Origin: Actinomycetes bacterium
GTDB taxonomy: Bacteria; Actinomycetota; Acidimicrobiia; Acidimicrobiales; RAAP-2
Reading direction: 5' to 3'
DNA: 64,000 nucleotides
Assembly: GCA_021810205.1 (NCBI GenBank)
Contig: JAJZJC010000001.1
Coordinates: forward strand, 8,533 to 72,532
The position numbers were made by a program, and so were the translations under genes. The notes under the pieces are model-generated. The model did no database searches. It was not told where the DNA came from and worked only from the letters and a program-made list of their open reading frames with translations. This document shows, one piece after another, positions 19,149-27,096 of the stretch (within the stretch, counting starts at the first letter, position 1; each line of letters begins with the position of its first letter).

Positions 19149-20180
19149 ATGTCGCACCCGCTGCAGTCCTCCGCGCCCGCCGCTGAATGGATCCGGAGCC
19201 TCCCGAAGGCGGAGGTGCACGTACACCTCGAAGGCTGCGTACCCGCTGTGACGATCGGGTTCGACGATCCGTCGCGTGCCGGCGTCGCCTTGGACCCGAC
19301 GACCGGAGCACCGAGCTTCTCGGGGCTCGCCGACTTCCTCGACTATCTCGACCGCTCCTGCGCGCTCGTCACCGAGGGCGACCAACTGCAGTCGATCGCA
19401 CACGCGCTGACCGAGCGGGCGGCCAGAGACGGCGTCCTCCACACCGACGTCATCTTCAATCCCACGCATTGGCCTGCATGGCGCGACGATCTCGGCACGT
19501 TCGTCGCGCACCTCGACGCTGGGCTCGCGGCCGGGGAAGCGGACTTCGGCGTTACCGCCGCATTGTGCCTCAGCCTCACGCGCACGCAGCCACCCGCCGA
19601 TTCCGTCGCGCTCGTCGATTGGCTGCTCGACGCGAGGCCCGAGCGAATCGTCGCTCTCTCGGTCGACGGCAATGAAGCTGCCGCGGGCCCGACCGGTGAA
19701 CGCTTTGCACCGTTGTTCGCCCGTGCCAGGACCGCAGGGCTCCGCACTTGCGCCCATGCGGGCGAGTCGTCGGGGCCCGACGGCGTGCGCGAGGCCATCG
19801 AGCTCCTGGGGGCCGAGCGCATCGACCACGGCATCCGATCTGTCGAAGACCCTCTCCTGGTCGCCACGCTCGCACGCACCGGCGTGCCCCTCGACGTCTG
19901 CCCCACCTCGAACGTGCGCTTGGGTGTCGCCCCTTCGATCGCTGCGCATCCCGTCGAGCGGCTCCGACGCGCAGGAGTGCGGGTGAGCGTGAACACCGAC
20001 GACCCACTGCTCTTCGGAACGACGATGACCGCCGAGTACGACGTCTGCGCGCAGAGCTTCGATTGGGACCACGGCGTGCTCGCGCAGATCGCCCGCACGT
20101 CGATCGAGTCCTGCTTCGCGGCGCCCGAACGTGTGAGCGAACTGCTCGCACTGCTCGACGATGCCCTCGCGCCCTCATGA
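19149..20180 (+). CDS. add: Adenosine deaminase family protein
   Basis: LPKAEVHVHLEG, CAHAGE, ERIDHG and SVNTDDP are the metal-binding motifs of adenosine/AMP deaminases. Confidence 0.9.
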   Translation: MSHPLQSSAPAAEWIRSLPKAEVHVHLEGCVPAVTIGFDDPSRAGVALDPTTGAPSFSGLADFLDYLDRSCALVTEGDQLQSIAHALTERAARDGVLHTDVIFNPTHWPAWRDDLGTFVAHLDAGLAAGEADFGVTAALCLSLTRTQPPADSVALVDWLLDARPERIVALSVDGNEAAAGPTGERFAPLFARARTAGLRTCAHAGESSGPDGVREAIELLGAERIDHGIRSVEDPLLVATLARTGVPLDVCPTSNVRLGVAPSIAAHPVERLRRAGVRVSVNTDDPLLFGTTMTAEYDVCAQSFDWDHGVLAQIARTSIESCFAAPERVSELLALLDDALAPS

Positions 20181-20209
20181 ACGTCCACGAGGGCGCAGTC
20201 TCGGCTCAC

Positions 20210-21253
20210 CTACGTCTCGCGGTCGAGCCAGTTCTCGGTGAGGCGAAGCCAGAAGGCGAGCCCCGCGTAGCGGCCGTATCGGCGGAACTGGTGTTCGATG
20301 GCTCTGTCGGCAGTGGGTCGCCCGCACAGCGCGGCGTAGGTCGGCCGGGTCCACGAGTCGAGCACGAGCCGGCCATAGCGGCCGAGTGAGATGAGCATGA
20401 TGTGCGCTGCAGCGTACGGGCCGATGCCGGGGAGCGCGAGGAGCCGTTTCTCCACTTCCGCGTCGGGAAGCTCGGGATCGGCGAGCGCCTCGAGGTCCAC
20501 CCTGCCGTCCGCGACGTCGCGCGCGAGCGTGAGCAGGTACGGGCCGCGGTACCCGGCGCGCGCGACCTCCCGGTAGAACTCCGTGCCAGCCGCCGCCATG
20601 GCTTCGGGTCCAGGAAAGGCACGCCGGCCCCCGGGAGCAGCATCTCCGAGCTCTCGAACGAGCGCATCGGCCATGCGCACCGTCGCCGACCACGCGCAAT
20701 TGGTCGTGCAGATGGTCTTCACGACGTCTTCGAACACGCTTGGGCTCCGGATCAAGCGACCTGCACCCGTCGTGACCCACGACAGCGTCTCGTCCGAGGC
20801 GCAGAGCGCATAGAAGTCGCTCAAATCCTCGTCGAGCCGCAGGATGTGGCGAGCGGTCTCGAGCAGGCCGCGTCGCGCTCGGTCTCCCGGCGCCCTGCCC
20901 GTCACTTCGACGTCGACACGGCCGGGGGATGCTTCCCGCATGACGATCGTGCGCACCGTCCCACCCGCGCCGATGGTCGTCTCGAGCACTCGGCCCGCGA
21001 CGTCCACGCGGAGGGGGGCAAGCCGCGCGACACCGTGCGACGCCAGCACGCGACGATAGTCGACGGGCTCACCTGCGCCTCCAGCCAGATCGAAGGTGCC
21101 AAGCAATGCCACGGCAAGACAGTCTGGCGCGAACCTCGGCTCGAGACAGCCCCGAGGAATGGAATGAGGAATGGAATACGGCCGTGTAGCCGGAGACACG
21201 GGCCACGCCGACTCGGGCACCGGCGCGTATCCGACCCGGACCCCGATGTGCAT
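20210..21253 (-). CDS. DNA-3-methyladenine glycosylase II (AlkA-like, HhH-GPD)
   Basis: PSVFEDVVKTICTTNCAW plus the HhH-GPD loop LLALPGIGPYAAAHIML, and an AlkA-type N-terminal domain. The start is not verified. Confidence 0.8.
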   Translation of the reverse strand: MHIGVRVGYAPVPESAWPVSPATRPYSIPHSIPRGCLEPRFAPDCLAVALLGTFDLAGGAGEPVDYRRVLASHGVARLAPLRVDVAGRVLETTIGAGGTVRTIVMREASPGRVDVEVTGRAPGDRARRGLLETARHILRLDEDLSDFYALCASDETLSWVTTGAGRLIRSPSVFEDVVKTICTTNCAWSATVRMADALVRELGDAAPGGRRAFPGPEAMAAAGTEFYREVARAGYRGPYLLTLARDVADGRVDLEALADPELPDAEVEKRLLALPGIGPYAAAHIMLISLGRYGRLVLDSWTRPTYAALCGRPTADRAIEHQFRRYGRYAGLAFWLRLTENWLDRET

Positions 21254-21350
21254 GCACGTTGCATGCCTCGGATCCGCTCAGCCGACCGACACGGCAAAAG
21301 GGGTCACCAGCGCCCTGAGGTACTCGAAGGACCGGTGTTACCCTCTGGCG

Positions 21351-22280
21351 ATGGCGCCCGCAGACACCTCGCAGCCGTCGCGCATCCCGCCACTGCGCAC
21401 GCTGCTCACACGGGCCAGGATCATCGGACGCAGGCTCGCAGTGGGACAATCGGAGACGGTGCTCCAGATCGGCTACCGCGCCATCCTCCAGCGTCTGCCC
21501 GACAGCCATGGCAGAGCCGACTACGGACCGAAGCTCCGGTCGGGTGAGCTCACCGTCGAGCAGTTCGGCCGGCGGCTGTTCGAGTCGCGTGAGTTCGAAC
21601 AGGTATCGGTGGGAAAGGACCTCGGGCTCTCGCTGCACCGGAGCCGATGCGCGTTCGTGCGCGGCCTCCCACCCGCCGAGCGCATCCTCGACCTCGGCGG
21701 CACCGACCTCGGCCACGAGTGGGGCGCGATGGTGACGATGGGGTACCCCTACAACTTCGAGGAGCTCGTCATCGTCGACCTGCCACCCGACGAGCGCCAT
21801 CCCATCTACAACAGAGGTGGCCTGCGTCCGACAGTGGAGACGACGCGTGGCACCGTGCGCTACGCCTACCACTCGATGATCGACCTCTCCTCCTTCGAGG
21901 ACGGCTCGTTCGACCTGGTCTACAGCGGGCAGAGCATCGAGCACGTCCCGGTCGACGCCGCGGACACCATGCTCGAGGGGGCATTCCGCGTGCTGCGACC
22001 GGGCGGCTTCATGGGAATCGACACGCCCAACGCTCGCCTCACCCGCCTGCAGCAAGACGAGCTCATCGACCCGGACCACACATACGAGTACACGGTCAAA
22101 GAGCTCGTCGACAAGGTCTCTGCAGTCGGGTTCGAAGTCGTCGAGTGCAAGGGCTTGAACCTGGGACGCGAGAGCCTCGCCCGCGGTCATTTCGATCCCA
22201 TGGAGCTCGCCCGCAACGTCGGCATTTACGCCGACGCCGACTCGTGCTACCTCACTGCGATTCTCTGCAGGAAGCCATAG
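21351..22280 (+). CDS. DUF4214-like domain plus class I SAM-dependent methyltransferase
   Basis: YRAILQRLPDSHGRADYGPKLRSGELTVEQFGRRLFESREF resembles DUF4214. ILDLGG ... FDLVYSGQSIEHV..... LEGAFRVLRPGG are methyltransferase motifs I, II and post-I. Confidence 0.75.
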   Translation: MAPADTSQPSRIPPLRTLLTRARIIGRRLAVGQSETVLQIGYRAILQRLPDSHGRADYGPKLRSGELTVEQFGRRLFESREFEQVSVGKDLGLSLHRSRCAFVRGLPPAERILDLGGTDLGHEWGAMVTMGYPYNFEELVIVDLPPDERHPIYNRGGLRPTVETTRGTVRYAYHSMIDLSSFEDGSFDLVYSGQSIEHVPVDAADTMLEGAFRVLRPGGFMGIDTPNARLTRLQQDELIDPDHTYEYTVKELVDKVSAVGFEVVECKGLNLGRESLARGHFDPMELARNVGIYADADSCYLTAILCRKP

Positions 22281-22304
22281 CCCTCATCCGATGGACCGCG
22301 AGCG

Positions 22305-23693
22305 ATGACACACGCGCCAAGTCCCAGCTACTCCACGACGGCCCGCGTCGAAGCACCCACGTCGGCGCATCTCCTCATGGATCTCGCCCGTTGCATCAAC
22401 GAGCATGGCGGCGACGTCGTCGCGATCGACCTGGTGGAGGCGACCACCACTGGCGTACGAGTCGACGTGACGTTCAACGCCGTCGACGAACCACATGTCG
22501 ACGCCATCACCGCGGGCCTGCGGGCCGACGGCTACCAAGTGCGCAGCGTGTCGGACCGCACGTTCCTCGCACATCTCGGCGGTGCCATCGAAGTGGTGCC
22601 ACGCACGAGGATCCGCACGCGCGACGACCTGTCGCGCGTCTACACCCCCGGCGTGGCCCGCGTCTCTCGCCAGATCGCGACTCGCCCTGACACCGCGTGG
22701 AACCTCACGAGCAAGGGCAATACGGTGGCCGTGGTGACCGACGGCACCGCCGTGCTGGGTCTGGGCAACATCGGGCCGCTGGCCGCTCTCCCGGTCATGG
22801 AGGGCAAGGCGGCGCTCTTCAAGTCCTTCGCCAACGTGAATGCATTTCCGATCTGTCTCGACACCGACGACACGGATCGCATCGTGACAACTGTGCAGGC
22901 GCTCGCCACCAGCTTCGGCGGCATAAATCTCGAAGATATCGCCGCACCCCGGTGCTTCGAGGTGGAGGCCAGGCTGCAGGAGGCCCTCGACATCCCGGTC
23001 TTCCACGACGACCAGCACGGTACCGCGGTCGTCGTGCTGGCCGGTCTGATCAACGCGTGCCGCATCACCGGCCGGAACCTCGAAGACCTCAAGGTGGTAG
23101 TCATCGGGATCGGGGCGGCAGGGACGGCGATCTGCAAGATCCTCCTCGACGCAGGCGTGCGCCAGCTGTTCGCCGTGGACCGTCACGGTCCGCTCCACAT
23201 CGACGACCCCGGGCTCCGTCCCCATCAGCGTGAGGTGGTCGCACGCAGCGCCGCGAACCCCGTCGCCTCGCTCGAGGAGGCCATGACCGGTGCTGACGTC
23301 GTGGTGGGCGTCAGCCGCCGTGGGGCGTGGGACCCGAGCGTGCTGTCCAAGATGGCTTCCGACCCGATCGTCTTCGCCCTCGCGAACCCCGAGCCCGAGG
23401 TCTACCTCCACGAGATCCCGCAAGGGGGCCTCCTCGCCACCGGGCGCTCCGACCTACCGAACCAGGTCAACAATGCCCTCTGCTTCCCAGGCATCTTCCG
23501 CGGCGCGCTGGACGCACGCGCCACCAAGATCACCCCGCGGATGCAAGAGGCAGCGGCGCATGCCATCGCCAACGCGGTGACCGACGCCGAACGAGCCATC
23601 GGGGTGATCGTTCCTTCGATGTTCCACCCTGATGTCCACAAGGTGGTGGCTGCCGCAGTGGAGGAAGAGTCAACCGCGGGCGCGGCCCTCTGA
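22305..23693 (+). CDS. NAD(P)-dependent malic enzyme with an N-terminal ACT-like domain
   Basis: LSRVYTPGVARV, TDGTAVLGLGNIGPLAALPVMEGKAALFK, FGGINLEDI, FHDDQHGTAVV and GIGAAGTA motifs. Confidence 0.9.
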   Translation: MTHAPSPSYSTTARVEAPTSAHLLMDLARCINEHGGDVVAIDLVEATTTGVRVDVTFNAVDEPHVDAITAGLRADGYQVRSVSDRTFLAHLGGAIEVVPRTRIRTRDDLSRVYTPGVARVSRQIATRPDTAWNLTSKGNTVAVVTDGTAVLGLGNIGPLAALPVMEGKAALFKSFANVNAFPICLDTDDTDRIVTTVQALATSFGGINLEDIAAPRCFEVEARLQEALDIPVFHDDQHGTAVVVLAGLINACRITGRNLEDLKVVVIGIGAAGTAICKILLDAGVRQLFAVDRHGPLHIDDPGLRPHQREVVARSAANPVASLEEAMTGADVVVGVSRRGAWDPSVLSKMASDPIVFALANPEPEVYLHEIPQGGLLATGRSDLPNQVNNALCFPGIFRGALDARATKITPRMQEAAAHAIANAVTDAERAIGVIVPSMFHPDVHKVVAAAVEEESTAGAAL

Positions 23694-23768
23694 CGCCGCT
23701 CGAGACACCCCCATCCCTCGTCACCACCCACTGCGCGATGGGAGCGACGGCCCCCATAGCGTGGCGAC

Positions 23769-24599
23769 ATGGACACCGGTGTCGCCATCTTCCCGACCCA
23801 CGACGGCATGGACCCCGCTGCCGTAGCCCGCTTGGTCGAGGGGCGCGGGCACGAGTCGCTCTTCTTCCCAGAGCACTCCCACATCCCGGCCAGCCGCAAG
23901 AGCCCATATCCGGGCGGCGGCGAGCTGCCACGCCGCTACGCGCACACCTACGACCTGTTCGTCGCGATGACCGCAGCCGCGACCGTCACGTCCAAGCTCC
24001 GCATCGGTAGCGGCATCTGCCTGCTCATCGAACGAGATCCCATCACCACTGCGAAGGAAGTCGCGAGCGTCGACGTGCTCTCCGGGGGTCGGGTGGAGTT
24101 CGGAGTCGGCGCGGGCTGGAACCGCGAGGAGATGGCGAACCACGGCACCGATCCCCGCCGGCGGATGGCCCTCTTGAAGGAGCGGGTGGAGGCGATGAAG
24201 GCCATCTGGACGCAGGAGGAGGCGACTTACCACGGGGACCACGTGGACTTCGACCGGATCTGGTCGTGGCCCAAGCCGGCGCAGCGCCCCCACCCTCCGG
24301 TCATCATCGGCGGCAACGGTCCGACGGTCGAAGACAGGGTGCTTGCGTTCGGTGACGCGTGGATGCCGAACTACGAGCCCGACAGCATCGTCACGCGCGC
24401 CGAGAAGCTGCGTGCACGCGGCGCACGGCCAATCGAGCTCATGGTCATGGGGGTCCCTGCCGATGCCCGGGTACTCGAGCGCTTCGAGCGTGCCGGGTTC
24501 AAGCGGGCGCTCCACTGGTTGCCCTCCGCTCCGCGCGCCGGCATCGAAGCTGCGCTCGACCGCTACGAGTCGGCGATCGCGGAGCTGCGCGGGGAGTGA
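23769..24599 (+). CDS. LLM-class F420-dependent (luciferase-like) oxidoreductase
   Basis: ESLFFPEHSHIP, ITTAKEVASVDVLSGGRVEFGVGAGW and PPVIIGG are typical of the TIGR03619-like LLM family. Confidence 0.85.
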   Translation: MDTGVAIFPTHDGMDPAAVARLVEGRGHESLFFPEHSHIPASRKSPYPGGGELPRRYAHTYDLFVAMTAAATVTSKLRIGSGICLLIERDPITTAKEVASVDVLSGGRVEFGVGAGWNREEMANHGTDPRRRMALLKERVEAMKAIWTQEEATYHGDHVDFDRIWSWPKPAQRPHPPVIIGGNGPTVEDRVLAFGDAWMPNYEPDSIVTRAEKLRARGARPIELMVMGVPADARVLERFERAGFKRALHWLPSAPRAGIEAALDRYESAIAELRGE

Positions 24600-24618
24600 C
24601 TCGCCCGGCGCGCGACAC

Positions 24619-25038
24619 GTGACGCCCGAGGACGCCCGCTGCCGGTTCTCGTCCGCGCGCGTGGCGCGACTGGCAACCGTCGACGCGTCCGGGGTGCCGC
24701 ACCTCGTCCCGATCGTGTTCGCCCTCGATCGGGACACCATCTACAGCGCCGTCGACCACAAGCCCAAGCGCACTGCGGCTCTGCGCCGGATCGCCAACGT
24801 CGCGGTCAACCAGCGCGTCGCCCTCCTCGCCGACGAGTACACCGAGGAGTGGGACCGTCTGTGGTGGGCTCGAGCAGACGGGACCGCCACGGTGCACGAG
24901 GGGTCGTCTCCGGCGGGAGCACGCGGCATCGCACTGCTCGTCGAGCGATACGTGCAGTACGCGGCCCAGCCTCCGCAAGGGCCGGTGATCGCCGTCGCGA
25001 TCACACAATGGTCCGGCTGGGCGGCCGACGAGAGATAG
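24619..25038 (+). CDS. PPOX-class (pyridoxamine 5'-phosphate oxidase-like) probable F420-dependent enzyme
   Basis: ARVARLATVDASGVPHLVPIVFALD.DTIYSAVDHKPKRT..LRRI.N ... WDRLWWARADG matches the Rv0121-like PPOX family. A GTG start at 24619 is assumed. Confidence 0.75.
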   Translation: MTPEDARCRFSSARVARLATVDASGVPHLVPIVFALDRDTIYSAVDHKPKRTAALRRIANVAVNQRVALLADEYTEEWDRLWWARADGTATVHEGSSPAGARGIALLVERYVQYAAQPPQGPVIAVAITQWSGWAADER

Positions 25039-25229
25039 CACCACACCACACACCCCGGACCGCGCACGGCCCAGGAGGCGAGCGGCGACGCCGTGTCCCG
25101 CCCCCAGCGACGGGGTATGACCGCCAGTGCGCCGGTGGCACCGCTCGAGTGACGGGCGGAGCTGCACGGCCACCTTGTGTAGGTCCGACGACCCGAAGCC
25201 CTCCGGCACACCAAACGTTGCCCTGCCGG

Positions 25230-25547
25230 CAGATCTTCGGCCCCGTCGCCGCGGTCGCCACCTTCCGAAGCGACGACGAGGCGGTTGAGCTCGCCAACGA
25301 CACGCCGTACGGTCTCGTCGCCGGAGTGCACGCGGGGTCCCTCGGACGCGCGCGAACTGTCGGCGTGCGACTCCAGGCGGGAACGGTCCACTGCAGCGAC
25401 CAGACGGTGAACGACGAGGTGCCCGCGCCGTTTGGCGGCCGGGGTGACTCGGGCACGGGCGCCTTCGGCACCCTTTCGAACCTCGAGGAACCCACGCGCT
25501 GGCAGTGGGTGACGTTGCACGAGCACGCTCGCGACCCTTTCGAGTGA
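25230..25547 (+). pseudogene. Aldehyde dehydrogenase C-terminal remnant (about 105 aa only)
   Basis: QIFGPVAAVATFRSDDEAVELANDTPYGLVAGVH......LQAGTVHCSDQTV.DEV.APFGG...SG matches the ALDH EEIFGPV...YGL...PFGG tail. No ALDH-like N-terminal 350 aa is visible upstream in any frame. Confidence 0.55.
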
Positions 25548-25672
25548 GCCACCCGCCGCCGTGGAACCCGCAGGGGTGGAACCCGACGAGCCAGCGGCGT
25601 GGAGCGACTCGTCTCGAGCGCTGTTCGCTGCACGACGACAAGGACTGACCTCATGGCGCGTAGCAGCTCGCC

Positions 25673-26086
25673 TCACCCCGCGAGGAGGACGCCCATGACG
25701 AGCGCGGCGACCGAGCTGACGCCGGCCACCCCACCCCAGATTCCCAGCCATTTCGAGCTCTTCGCCCGTCCGTGCAGCCATGCCGCGGCGCCAGCCAGCA
25801 CCACGACGGCGATCTTGGCACCAAGGACGGCCTGCCAGGCGGTGGACTGCCCCTCGTCGACCGCCAATACGTTCCAGATCCCGGTGGCAAGCAGCAAGGC
25901 GTAGGCGGGCCAGCTGAGGCGAGCGAACGCGCTCCCGAGCCGCCGAGGCGCGTCGTCGCCAAGGCGCCGCACGGTCGGCAACAGCCCTGCCACCGTGAGC
26001 TGTCCACCCACCCAGATCGTGGCAGCGAGCACGTGCAGCGAGAGCCGGACCGCATCGAGGGCCGGTGCAAGCTGGGCGACCACCAC
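25673..26086 (-). CDS. Small integral membrane protein (4 TM; CopD/DUF2269-like)
   Basis: Four hydrophobic helices (LHVLAATIWVGGQL..., WPAYALLLATGIWN, AKIAVVVLAGAAAWLHG, GVAGVSSVAALVMGVLLAG). Family assignment is tentative. Confidence 0.6.
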   Translation of the reverse strand: MVVAQLAPALDAVRLSLHVLAATIWVGGQLTVAGLLPTVRRLGDDAPRRLGSAFARLSWPAYALLLATGIWNVLAVDEGQSTAWQAVLGAKIAVVVLAGAAAWLHGRAKSSKWLGIWGGVAGVSSVAALVMGVLLAG

Positions 26087-26117
26087 GGCCCGGCACGGTA
26101 CCCGCGTCCCGGCCCCG

Positions 26118-26229
26118 CGCGCTGGAGCCCGAAGCGTGCGCCCAGCGCGCTGGAACCCGAAGCGTGCGCCCAGCGCGGTGGAACCCGAAGCGTGCGCCCA
26201 GCGCGGTGGAACCCGAAGCGTGCGCCCAG
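26118..26229. repeat. 28-bp tandem repeat x4 with no spacers, in a divergent intergenic region
   Basis: CGCG(C/G)TGGA(G/A)CCCGAAGCGTGCGCCCAG at 26118, 26146, 26174 and 26202. Unit junctions create the palindrome CCAGCGCGCTGG. Confidence 0.95.
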
Positions 26230-26355
26230 CGCCTCGGGCCGGGCTACAGGGGCGAAGCGTCTCTGGCGCCCGCCGACCGGGCGGAGCGCTTCTCGCATGC
26301 TACGTTCGCCGCGCAACGAGCCGGCTGTGCAGCGACTTCACCGCCAAGGAGCCCC

Positions 26356-26997
26356 GTGGAACACCTCATCGTGACCGAGATCAGCCGGCACGGCTATCTC
26401 GCGATCTTCGTACTCATGGTGCTCGAATCGGCATGCATCCCGATCCCGAGCGAAGCCGTGATGCTCTTCGGGGGGGCGCTCGCTGGCGGGGTGGTGCTTG
26501 CAGGCGTCCATGTGCACCTCAACGTGGTGGCGGTCGCGCTCGCCGGTACCGCCGGCAACCTCGTCGGATCGTGGATCTCCTATGCAGTCGGGCGTATCGG
26601 TGGCCGGCCCCTCATCGAGCACTTCGGGCGATATGTGCTGCTGCGCCACCATGACCTCGAGCGCGCAGAGCGCTTCTTCTCGCGCTATGGCACGCCCGCA
26701 GTGCTCGTCGCCAGGGTCCTCCCGGTGGTGCGAACGTTCATCAGCCTTCCCGCCGGCGTGGCCGAGATGCCGCTTCCCACCTTCAGCGCCCTCACGCTGC
26801 TCGGAAGCCTGCCGTGGACCTTCGCCTTCGCCTTCGCCGGCGACGCGCTGGCAGCCAACTGGAACAGCGTGTCGTCCGCCTTCACTCCCGTGAGCATTGC
26901 GATCGGCGTCCTCATCGTCGCCGCCATCGCCTGGTGGATCGTCCGCCGCCTGCGCGTAACCGGTCGCCGGGGAGCCTCACCAGAGGTGGCTCCCTAG
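26356..26997 (+). CDS. DedA family membrane protein
   Basis: GTG at 26356 follows AAGGAG. ESACIPIPSE..MLFGG, GRP....FGRY, F.RYG...VLVARVLPVVRTFISLPAGV match DedA/SNARE-associated motifs. Confidence 0.85.
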   Translation: MEHLIVTEISRHGYLAIFVLMVLESACIPIPSEAVMLFGGALAGGVVLAGVHVHLNVVAVALAGTAGNLVGSWISYAVGRIGGRPLIEHFGRYVLLRHHDLERAERFFSRYGTPAVLVARVLPVVRTFISLPAGVAEMPLPTFSALTLLGSLPWTFAFAFAGDALAANWNSVSSAFTPVSIAIGVLIVAAIAWWIVRRLRVTGRRGASPEVAP

Positions 26998-27014
26998 CCC
27001 CCACAGGACGCGTA

Positions 27015-27096
27015 TCGGCGATCGCGCCGGCTCGGCGATCGCGCCGGCTCGGCGATCAGCTCGCTCGGCGATCAGCTCGCTCGCCGATACGCGCGC
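27015..27096. repeat. 16-17-bp tandem repeat, about 5 degenerate copies, at the convergent junction of dedA and the ABC exporter
   Basis: TCGGCGATCGCGCCGGC x2, TCGGCGATCAGCTCGC x2, TCGCCGATACGCGCGC. The last copies overlap the ABC gene 3' end. Confidence 0.85.

Noticed and set aside
24343-24618. Upstream 92 codons of ORF 24343..25038 as part of the PPOX-like protein.
   Set aside because: They overlap the 3' end of the LLM oxidoreductase in another frame and are Arg/Ser-rich. Family similarity begins at the GTG at 24619.
26118-26229. Possible CRISPR array (four near-identical 28-bp units).
   Set aside because: The units are strictly head-to-tail with no spacers, and no cas genes are nearby. 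It is a plain tandem repeat.
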